From positions 5,891 through 69,890 of the forward strand of contig JAZRGA010000071.1 in assembly GCA_045643945.1 (NCBI GenBank): 64,000 nt of DNA, read 5' to 3'. Below, in pieces: positions 17,360 to 25,344 of this stretch. The notes under the pieces were generated by a model that had not been told where the DNA came from, searched no databases, and saw only the letters and a list, made by a program, of their open reading frames with translations. Position 1 is the first letter of the stretch. Each line of letters begins with the position of its first letter. The DNA is from Eubacteriales bacterium. Its GTDB lineage: Bacteria; Bacillota; Clostridia; Oscillospirales; CAG-272. Position numbers and translations under genes: made by a program.

Positions 17360-19060
17360 ATGAAGAAAATTTTATCATTTGCTTTAGCGCTCATCATTTG
17401 CGTGTCGCAGCTTGCATCTTGCAACAAAAATTCCGAGCCTGACGTTCCCGACGCATCGGATAGCGAATTAGTTACCGAGGCGACCGAAGCTACTGATGCA
17501 ACCGAAGCTACTGATGCAACCGACAAAAATGACAGCTCCGATAAGGACGAACAGCCTAAGGATGAAGAGCCTAAAGACGAAGAACCTAAAGACGAAGGAC
17601 CTAAAGACGAAGAGCCTAAGGACGAAGAGCCCGATGAGGACTCCAAGGAAGAAGAACCTCAAATCGACCCAAGTCGCATTGTAAACGTTACACCCACGAA
17701 TTTTGCGGCTAAATTCTCACCTGAGAACGAGGCTCTCCTTGCAGAAATACTCGCGTCGCCCATAAAAACCGTGAGCGTTGAAAATATTCTTCCCGCTATG
17801 AGTGTCGCACACGCAAAAAAATATGCGGCGGGTGACGGTGGATATACCTATATATACGAAACCGTCGGAAAAGCAATATATGACAACTGCTGCTCTATCA
17901 TTTCCGCGGCAGGCTTTGCAAAATACACCGAAAACGAAACAGTTGCATCCTCCTCGCCAAGCTGGAAGATATACAACTACTCAACAACATTTGTTTCCAC
18001 CGAGGCGCAGATAGATATAGACCTTCATACCGGAACAAGCCGTATGTATATAAACGTCACACCACGTTCCTCATCCATACTTCCGCAAAGAGAGGCAACC
18101 TCCTACGTTAAGCCCGAGGGAAATTACCCGACTGTGTGGGTTCAATACGGTCTTGAGGATTTTGGAAACGAGGAATCATCTCTTGGATATATAATTCGAG
18201 TTGCCGACGGTAGCTTTGTTATCTTAGACGGCGGTGAATATATAGACGGTGTTGAAATAAGAATGTATGAAATTCTTAAAAAATTAGCTCCCGACCCCAA
18301 TAACGTAAAAATTTCCGCTTGGATAATCACGCACGCACACGGCGACCACGTTGGCGGATTTATAAAATTCGCAGACAGATATTCAAACGACTCAACTATA
18401 AAATTAGAGCAATTCGTATATAACTTCCCTGACGATTCAAAAATACTCGATTATTGGGACAAGGAATTTCAAAATTGGGCAAGAACACGAGCAAATAGCC
18501 TTGGCGCGCAAATGCTTAAGGTACACACGGGTAACGTGCTTTACTATGCAGATATAAAAATAAACGTTCTCTACACTCAAGAAAACTATCTTGCGGCTAA
18601 CGCAGACGGTATAATGGGTAATTTCAACGGTGCTTCTATCGTTACACAATTCGTAATGGCAGACGGAACTAAGCTTCTCATAGGCGCAGACCACCCCGTA
18701 GACGACTACTATAACGGCTACAATTGGTGTGAAAACGCGCTTGTAAAATGGTACGGAACGGCTCTTGAAAGCTACGTTGTATCAACCTTCCATCACGGAT
18801 ACGGCGGAGGAGCAGACGAAAAGATTTACGGTGTGATAAAGCCTAAATTAGTTCTTTGGTCTGTTGACGGCGCAAGAATAACCGCCTCGGCAACGCCTCT
18901 TACTCAAGTTCCTCACAATGCGTATTTCACCAAGAATGCGCAAGCTAACGGTGTTGTATATTACACCGCAAAAGGAACGAGCGTTACAATTCTTCAGTTT
19001 GCTAACGGCGCTCCTACCGTAACCTATTACAACAATTATAACGAATTTCAGGCATCTTAA
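17360..19060 (+). CDS. Surface lipoprotein with a ComEC-C-terminal-like metallo-beta-lactamase fold
   Basis: 566 aa. Lipobox QLASC. ATEATD and PKDEE repeat linker. HxHxDH motif THAHGDHVGG and a later FHHGYGG. Paralog of 365..2116. Confidence 0.7.
   Translation: MKKILSFALALIICVSQLASCNKNSEPDVPDASDSELVTEATEATDATEATDATDKNDSSDKDEQPKDEEPKDEEPKDEGPKDEEPKDEEPDEDSKEEEPQIDPSRIVNVTPTNFAAKFSPENEALLAEILASPIKTVSVENILPAMSVAHAKKYAAGDGGYTYIYETVGKAIYDNCCSIISAAGFAKYTENETVASSSPSWKIYNYSTTFVSTEAQIDIDLHTGTSRMYINVTPRSSSILPQREATSYVKPEGNYPTVWVQYGLEDFGNEESSLGYIIRVADGSFVILDGGEYIDGVEIRMYEILKKLAPDPNNVKISAWIITHAHGDHVGGFIKFADRYSNDSTIKLEQFVYNFPDDSKILDYWDKEFQNWARTRANSLGAQMLKVHTGNVLYYADIKINVLYTQENYLAANADGIMGNFNGASIVTQFVMADGTKLLIGADHPVDDYYNGYNWCENALVKWYGTALESYVVSTFHHGYGGGADEKIYGVIKPKLVLWSVDGARITASATPLTQVPHNAYFTKNAQANGVVYYTAKGTSVTILQFANGAPTVTYYNNYNEFQAS
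17555..17641 (+). repeat. 15-nt in-frame tandem repeat encoding (PKDEE)n
   Basis: CCTAAGGATGAAGAG-like unit, 5-6 copies. The same unit recurs in the next gene. Confidence 0.8.
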
Positions 19061-19087
19061 AAAAACACGGTAAAGGAGAACGCTATT

Positions 19088-20566
19088 ATGAAAAAAATTA
19101 TAACAGTTATTTTAGCAATTTTACTTTGTCTTTCGATGCTTCTTTCCTGTACAAAGGATACCGTTTCCGATTTTACCGACGGTAGCGCAAAGCAAAGCGA
19201 AAATCAAACCGAAAAAAGCGAAAGCGAAACGTTAAAGGAATCAGTCAAGGAAGAAGCTCCTAAAGACGAAAATCCTAAGGATGAAGAGCCTAAGGAAGAA
19301 ACTCCCAAAGATGAAGAACCTAAGGATGAAGAACCCAAGGAGGAAGAACCCAAAGAGGAAGACCCCAAGGACGAAGACCCCAAGGTTGAGCCTACAATCG
19401 TAGACCCCACCGTTAATATAAACGGAGTTACTTCAAAATGGTCACTCGCCGAGGGTATCTGCAAGACCTTTAACACCGGTTCATCTGCCGCTAATACAAT
19501 ATTCGAGGTAAACATCCCCGTAACCGAGGCAGGAAGCTATACCTTGAATTTCAATGCTAATCTCGGACTCACGAGAAGCTTTACGTCAGGCTCAAGAACT
19601 GCTTCCCTCTCATTACCCAAAACGGTATTCAAGGAGGGCGAGCCTATTCCCGTTTTATATAGCTCAAGCGGACTCGGAGCGTCAACAACTCGTCCGTGGA
19701 TAGGCATAACGAAAAACGTTGGCGGATTAGATAAATATATTTCCTGGGAGTACGTTGAAGCAAATTACACAAGCATTCTCAATGCGGCGGCTATGACGGG
19801 TCAACGCGAGGACGATAGCGTTGCATCTTACGTCAATCTTCCCGCAGGCGAGTATAAGCTTCATTTCATCACCGCAGGAGGCATGGATACAAGAAAAAGC
19901 AGCAACTGGCTTATCGGTGAGCCTATAAATATTTCCATTGTCGGAAAGAACAGCATCGGAACTACTGTTACAAGAAGCGGCTCGACTTACGGAAACGCAA
20001 GCCTTACCGTTAAAAACAACATTTTTGTTCAAGGCGAAAGCGTTTTAGTAGATTTTATCGCAAACGGCTTAAAAATCAACTATGCCGAGTATTCCCCTTG
20101 GGTTGGAATTAGTAAAACCTTTGAGGTAAACAACGCTTTCTACGATTATTACACTCACTGGTATTATACAGAAACAACGCAAAGCGGAACATTCGCTTTC
20201 AGACATGATACAGGAAATTATGCGCAGGGCAGCGTTCCGGTTAACGTAGAAGCATACAGAACACTCCCCGTGGGCAGCTACAAAATACATTATGTAAACG
20301 GTCCAAGCTTCCTAAACTGCAGTAATTACCTTGAAGCGATAGGCATAAACGTAGCGCCCTTGGCTACCTTAAACGCAAGCATTAGCGGCTCATCGGTTTT
20401 AAATACGAGCGACCCCTACGATATTCAAAGCGTTAGCGAGGCTATAACCGTTACCGACGAGGACATCGCAAGGGGATACGTTACCCTTAGCTTCTGCTTT
20501 GGTGCATTAAGCTCTAATACAAATTATTTCCTTTCGGTTAACGACGTTTCATTAATCAAGCAATAA
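19088..20566 (+). CDS. Surface lipoprotein of unknown function with an internally duplicated domain
   Basis: 492 aa. Lipobox LLSC and a (PKDEE)9 linker. Two homologous segments share F-x-(E/Q)GE-x-(I/V)...PW(I/V)GI(T/S)K...W(E/Y)Y...LP-x-G-x-YK-(L/I)-H. Confidence 0.6.
   Translation: MKKIITVILAILLCLSMLLSCTKDTVSDFTDGSAKQSENQTEKSESETLKESVKEEAPKDENPKDEEPKEETPKDEEPKDEEPKEEEPKEEDPKDEDPKVEPTIVDPTVNINGVTSKWSLAEGICKTFNTGSSAANTIFEVNIPVTEAGSYTLNFNANLGLTRSFTSGSRTASLSLPKTVFKEGEPIPVLYSSSGLGASTTRPWIGITKNVGGLDKYISWEYVEANYTSILNAAAMTGQREDDSVASYVNLPAGEYKLHFITAGGMDTRKSSNWLIGEPINISIVGKNSIGTTVTRSGSTYGNASLTVKNNIFVQGESVLVDFIANGLKINYAEYSPWVGISKTFEVNNAFYDYYTHWYYTETTQSGTFAFRHDTGNYAQGSVPVNVEAYRTLPVGSYKIHYVNGPSFLNCSNYLEAIGINVAPLATLNASISGSSVLNTSDPYDIQSVSEAITVTDEDIARGYVTLSFCFGALSSNTNYFLSVNDVSLIKQ
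19258..19392 (+). repeat. 15-nt in-frame tandem repeat encoding (PKDEE)n, about 9 copies
   Basis: The same repeat unit as 17555..17641. Confidence 0.8.
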
Positions 20567-20671
20567 AATAAATAAAATCAAATTGTCATAATTTTTCAAT
20601 TATAAAAATAAATTCTCCGAGCAAACTAAAATCAAACGGAAAATTCCGTTTTAAGGAGGATATCAACAATT

Positions 20672-20887
20672 ATGATAATGGATAGAATTGCCTTGATAAT
20701 TACCGTCATAGGCGCTCTTAACTGGGGTAGCATCGGTCTTTTCGGCTTCGACCTTGTCGCTTGGATATTCGGCGGTCAGGAGGCTATCGGAAGTCGAATC
20801 GTTTACACCGTCGTAGCGCTTGCGGGTATTTGGTGTATCTCGCTTATTTTCAGAGCAAGAGAACGCTTCCACGCACTTGACGAATAA
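20672..20887 (+). CDS. DUF378-family small membrane protein
   Basis: 71 aa. ALNWGSIGLFGFDLVAWIFGG is the characteristic DUF378 signature. Confidence 0.7.
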   Translation: MIMDRIALIITVIGALNWGSIGLFGFDLVAWIFGGQEAIGSRIVYTVVALAGIWCISLIFRARERFHALDE

Positions 20888-20982
20888 AAATTAAAAAGAA
20901 AAAAGACTCTCTTTGACTTAGAATTTGCTAATCACAAAAATTCCAAGCCGAAGATGAGTCTTTTATTTATTTACGAATATTA

Positions 20983-21576
20983 TCAATTAAAGCTATTATG
21001 TATTATCAAAAATTCAACCGTTTTATCATAAAGCATCGAATCGTAAACAAGCTCGGAAAGCTCCGCTCTTACATACTCCTCTGAATACTTGTAGCTCTCG
21101 GCATACCTCTTAACGTACTTATCAAAAAATGCATTTTTTTCCTCGTCGGTAAGCGTTATACCCTCTTTTTTGCGTATAAGCTCGAAAATAAGGTCCTTTT
21201 TTACAAGGCTTTTTGCATCTGCCTTCATAGTTACGTTATCCTCGCCAAGCTCGTCGAGCATAGCCTCGTACGGCATATCAGCTTCGTCGGCATAATGACG
21301 GTACTGCTTTTTGAGCTGCTCAAAATAATAATTAACCGTACCCTTGGGATATTTTTTTACACTACTTTTAGCCACGATATGAGAAAGCAAAGCCTCCTCC
21401 TTGGTTTGCGAGTCGAGTGAAATCTCAAGATTTTTATATTGACAAAGCGACACGCATTTCTCAAGCTCCTCAGCGGACATATCGGATATTTCAACGCTTA
21501 CGTTACCCGAACATGAGGAGAGCGTCAAAAGCAATATCAAAGCCGCTATTATCAAATTTAATACACGTTTAGCCAT
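20983..21576 (-). CDS. Lipoprotein of unknown function (helical, possibly chaperone-like)
   Basis: 197 aa. Lipobox LTLSSC. GGAGG lies before the ATG. No catalytic motif seen. Confidence 0.5.
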   Translation of the reverse strand: MAKRVLNLIIAALILLLTLSSCSGNVSVEISDMSAEELEKCVSLCQYKNLEISLDSQTKEEALLSHIVAKSSVKKYPKGTVNYYFEQLKKQYRHYADEADMPYEAMLDELGEDNVTMKADAKSLVKKDLIFELIRKKEGITLTDEEKNAFFDKYVKRYAESYKYSEEYVRAELSELVYDSMLYDKTVEFLIIHNSFN

Positions 21577-21679
21577 TATAGCACCTCCGTTTTAAGGTTT
21601 TCACTTAAAAAATGAAAACAAAAGAATAAAAAGAAACAGTAGCACTAAAAAGCTTTAGCCTACTGTGTTCTTTTATGGA

Positions 21680-21868
21680 TTACTTGCTCTCTTCAACAGC
21701 GAGAACCTCTTTACCTGCATAATAACCGCAAGCCTTGCATACACGGTGGCTCTTTACAAACTCACCGCACTTGGGGCACTTTACCATGCCGGGAAGAACG
21801 AGCTTCCAATTGTTAGATCTTCTTTTGTCTCTGCGAGCCTTAGAAACTTTTCTCTTTGGTACTGCCAT
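21680..21868 (-). CDS. rpmF: 50S ribosomal protein L32
   Basis: [18 protein letters not shown] plus a CxxC...CxxC zinc ribbon. Confidence 0.95.
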   Translation of the reverse strand: MAVPKRKVSKARRDKRRSNNWKLVLPGMVKCPKCGEFVKSHRVCKACGYYAGKEVLAVEESK

Positions 21869-21918
21869 AATTACACCTCCTCAAAAAGTGGATACACCTT
21901 TTATCAGTTTATATAAAT

Positions 21919-22443
21919 TTATTTTTTGTCTTCTTCATCATCGTTGTCAAACAACCCTGCAAGAGCCGCAAACTGTGGATTTATCTCCCTTGTGGGACAT
22001 CCGCAATCGCCCTCACTTCTCGGCTTTCCGCACTTAGGACAAAGTCCCTCGCAATCCTCCGAGCAAAGCAATCTGAACGGGAAGCTCAAAATAAGCTCCT
22101 CGCAAAGAGTATCGTCAACCGAAAGCTCGTGACCGTCGATAACGACGTATTCGTCCTCAAGCTCCTCAAGACGCTCCTCGTCAATCATTCCCTCAGTGGT
22201 AACGGTACGCTCAAAGTCAAGAGAGAAAACTCCGTCAACCGGAGCAAGACATCTTGCGCATTTTCCGTGATAGGAAAGCGTTGCCTGAAGCTTTAGGCGC
22301 ATATAACCGCTATTATCGGTGAGAACACCGACAACGTGGGCATCGTCAAAGCTTACCGAGTCGATTTGTTCGGGAGAAAGCATATAGTCTATATCGATCT
22401 TTTTTACCTCACCGCGAAGAAGCGGAGCAACGTCAAGGACCAT
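21919..22443 (-). CDS. yceD: YceD/DUF177 family protein (ribosome maturation associated)
   Basis: 174 aa directly upstream of rpmF (conserved synteny). Cys cluster CSEDCEGLCPKCG and an acidic tail. Confidence 0.8.
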   Translation of the reverse strand: MVLDVAPLLRGEVKKIDIDYMLSPEQIDSVSFDDAHVVGVLTDNSGYMRLKLQATLSYHGKCARCLAPVDGVFSLDFERTVTTEGMIDEERLEELEDEYVVIDGHELSVDDTLCEELILSFPFRLLCSEDCEGLCPKCGKPRSEGDCGCPTREINPQFAALAGLFDNDDEEDKK

Positions 22444-22660
22444 ATTTCCTCCGTAATATATTGCTTAAATTCTGCTTGACACAAAATGTGACGTTAATAT
22501 TATAATAGATTTTTCCTTAATTGTCAAGGGTTTTTTTAAAATATCTTCATTATAAAAATATTTTATTTGTTTTTTTCTATATTTTTTGCAAGCTATTTAC
22601 TTTTTTGCCGCTTATATGTTAAAATATAATAAGAAATCAATTAAAATCACGGAGGGCGCT

Positions 22661-23527
22661 ATGCAAAGCTATACTCATTTTTCATTTGACTCGTTCCCAA
22701 TAGATATATTACCGAAAAGAGCCGAGCGCTCCTGCAAGGGCGACTACGGACGCGTCCTCTGCATTTGCGGCTCTTACGGAATGTCGGGAGCGGCGTATCT
22801 TTGCGCAAAGGCTTGCTACCGAGTGGGCGCAGGGCTTGTTGAAATCTTCACGCCCGAGGAAAACCGTTCGGTGCTTCAAGCACTCCTCCCCGAGGCGATA
22901 GTAACGGCATACAATGAGGAAAATATGGCCTCGCTTTTGCAATCGTCGATAAAAAAAGCAAGCTGTACGGTTGCAGGCTGCGGACTTTCCGTCACACCCA
23001 CCTCACGCAAGCTTCTTGAAAGCCTTTTGCATAGCGTTGACACGTCAAAAATGCCACTTATTCTCGATGCCGATGCTCTTAATCTCGTTTCACTAAATCC
23101 ATCGTTTCTAAAATACATCAAAGGAGCAATAATAACGCCTCATATGCTCGAATTTTCGCGTCTGTCGGGCGTTTCCGTTCAAGAGGTGTTGGACTCGCCC
23201 GAAGCGTACGCCTTTGATTATGCGCAGAAAAACTCGCTAATATGCGTGCTTAAGGACCACAACACTGTAATAAGTGACGGCAGTAGCAGAATATATATCA
23301 ACACTACGGGAAATAGCGGAATGGCTACTGCAGGGAGCGGTGACGTGCTAAGTGGAATTATCGCAGGGCTTGCCGCTCAAAGCAGGTCCGCAAGCCTCGA
23401 TATTGCCGCCCTCGGAGTATATATTCACGGTCTGTGCGGAGATATTGCCGCGCGCAAGCTCTCGGAATATTCTCTTATGGCAAGCGATATCATAGACGCT
23501 CTGCCCTGCGTGCTTAACAATATTTAA
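22661..23527 (+). CDS. nnrD: ADP-dependent NAD(P)H-hydrate dehydratase (YjeF C-terminal type)
   Basis: KGDYGRVLCICGS and GSGDVLSGIIAG motifs. The ATG at 22661 follows GGAGGG. The ORF-track start at 22586 is probably too long. Confidence 0.8.
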   Translation: MQSYTHFSFDSFPIDILPKRAERSCKGDYGRVLCICGSYGMSGAAYLCAKACYRVGAGLVEIFTPEENRSVLQALLPEAIVTAYNEENMASLLQSSIKKASCTVAGCGLSVTPTSRKLLESLLHSVDTSKMPLILDADALNLVSLNPSFLKYIKGAIITPHMLEFSRLSGVSVQEVLDSPEAYAFDYAQKNSLICVLKDHNTVISDGSSRIYINTTGNSGMATAGSGDVLSGIIAGLAAQSRSASLDIAALGVYIHGLCGDIAARKLSEYSLMASDIIDALPCVLNNI

Positions 23528-23536
23528 AATTATCCC

Positions 23537-23875
23537 TTATCGCTCCTCGCCTATTCCCGCGGTAAGCTTAATTAAAAGCGAGCGGTTGTCGGGTTGAGAT
23601 TTAGCGTCAAGAGCGGCGCGGTTTCTGCGAATTTCACCGCATTTTTCGCATTTATGAATTACGATAAAGCCACGCTTCGGGTCGGGCTCGGTTCTGATTG
23701 GGCGCAAAAGACCTCCGCAATCGTTTGCTCGGTCACCAGGATTAATATCAACGTGAAGCGACCAAAGGCAAAACGGACAGTGATTTCGCGAGCTTGTACC
23801 CATAGGCAACACCTCCTTGCCGCAGTGACGGCAGATAAAGGCTTCATCCTTTTTGGTAAATCTTTTTTGTTCCAT
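23537..23875 (-). CDS. RNHCP domain protein (zinc-ribbon, function unknown)
   Basis: Contains SSRNHCPFCLWSLHVD. GAGGTG lies before the ATG at 23875. Confidence 0.65.
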   Translation of the reverse strand: MEQKRFTKKDEAFICRHCGKEVLPMGTSSRNHCPFCLWSLHVDINPGDRANDCGGLLRPIRTEPDPKRGFIVIHKCEKCGEIRRNRAALDAKSQPDNRSLLIKLTAGIGEER

Positions 23876-23899
23876 AAAACACCTCAAAAGTGCAAAAAT

Positions 23900-24640
23900 T
23901 CATTCTCCAAGCGCTTTTCTATCGTCGGACGATAATTCAACCGTTATATTTTTCATCGCAGGGTCATAAAGCAAAAGCGCTCCGTAGGGCGACTCGTTAT
24001 AGTCAAGCCCCTCGTTATAATAGAACTGCGCGTGAATAGCTATAAGCGAATTTCCCGCCATAAGCTCCTTTATATCCACAGGCTCGTCGGCTTCGTCAAA
24101 GTAGAATGTATAGCGATAAAAATTGTAAAGAGTAGTCTTATCCTTGCCAACGGCGTGACCCCTGCAACGAATCTTTTTTATATTTTCCGAATTTGTAAAT
24201 TCGTTATCCTCAAGATTATCGGGAGTAAGGTCGATATAAAGCATAATGCTGACGTCAAAATAATCTCCATCTCTGTCGGGAATTTCCTCGAGAGATTTAT
24301 CTGTCGCTAACGATTTAAGCGTACTGTTATTGTATCTAAAAACAAGCTGAAGCTGATTTGCGTCGGGAATAAAGGTATAATCGGGAATAGCGAAATAGCC
24401 CGAATTGTACTCGGCGCGCGTAATTATATCTTGATTTTGCTTAAACATATAAAGCGACTCGCCCTGCTCGGAATAAACCGACAAAAGCCTATCATTTGCC
24501 GAAAGTCTGTCTATTTCCTTAGGCGTACCCGTTGAAAAGACCCTCCAAAGCATAAATGCGCAGACCGCTAAAACTATACATCCGCAAAGAAAGCCAAAAA
24601 CCCTCCAAGCTCTTTTAATTCCTACCCAAACTCTTGACAT
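23900..24640 (-). CDS. Membrane-anchored protein of unknown function (one N-terminal TM, extracytoplasmic domain)
   Basis: 246 aa. AAGGAG lies before the ATG. TM segment FGFLCGCIVLAVCAFMLWRVF. Confidence 0.5.
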   Translation of the reverse strand: MSRVWVGIKRAWRVFGFLCGCIVLAVCAFMLWRVFSTGTPKEIDRLSANDRLLSVYSEQGESLYMFKQNQDIITRAEYNSGYFAIPDYTFIPDANQLQLVFRYNNSTLKSLATDKSLEEIPDRDGDYFDVSIMLYIDLTPDNLEDNEFTNSENIKKIRCRGHAVGKDKTTLYNFYRYTFYFDEADEPVDIKELMAGNSLIAIHAQFYYNEGLDYNESPYGALLLYDPAMKNITVELSSDDRKALGE

Positions 24641-24712
24641 ATGCGCTCCTTTTAGTTATAATAATATATTATATCACTTAATTGTTAAAATTTCAAGTAC
24701 AAGAGGTAAAAT

Positions 24713-25243
24713 ATGACGCTTTACGAATATTCGCCGCCAAAATCCAATAAAAAGGCGACGGGAATAATATTAATTTTGTTTTCGCTTGCGGCAGGACTGT
24801 TTATGTTTACAATACTTTTCCCCGATATTCTATTTAAATGGGCGATACAGCTGATTGCGGTTTGCTCGTTCGTTGCGGTAATATTCATAATATCACGCTA
24901 CGTCGCAAAATCATACGTTTATGCGGTAGAAAGAAATGATAACGGAAATCTTGACCTAACGGTGACAGAAATAACCAACGCAGGGCGTACCAAGATAACG
25001 GTTTGCAGAATAGGAATTGCGAGCATTGAGAACGCATATCTGCTAAGACGCTCGATTTCGGAGCATTCCGAGAAAATAAAATCAATACAAGGAAACGCCA
25101 AGAAGGACGGCAGAAAATTCTTCAACTACTGTCCCGACGTAAATCCTGACGAGGTATGTATTTTGCTCGTTGAGGAATGCGGAGAAAAATTTTTACTCAA
25201 GCTCTCCCCCGACTCGACTCTTTGGGGATACTTAAAAAAATAA
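24713..25243 (+). CDS. Two-TM membrane protein of unknown function
   Basis: 176 aa. GAGGT lies before the ATG. Two N-terminal hydrophobic helices. Confidence 0.5.
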   Translation: MTLYEYSPPKSNKKATGIILILFSLAAGLFMFTILFPDILFKWAIQLIAVCSFVAVIFIISRYVAKSYVYAVERNDNGNLDLTVTEITNAGRTKITVCRIGIASIENAYLLRRSISEHSEKIKSIQGNAKKDGRKFFNYCPDVNPDEVCILLVEECGEKFLLKLSPDSTLWGYLKK

Positions 25244-25344
25244 ATAACCTGATAAAGCATATATGGGAGGGCAGATTGCCTTCCCGTTTTTATTTTAAAG
25301 TAAAAAATCCCCCTCGGAAATTCCGAAGGGGAAATTTTATTTAA

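Noticed and set aside
24065-24080. Isolated near-matches to the DnaA box TTATCCACA (also near 63370), which could hint at an origin.
   Set aside because: They are single imperfect boxes inside coding regions. There is no cluster, no AT-rich unwinding element next to dnaA/dnaN and no strand-bias switch visible.
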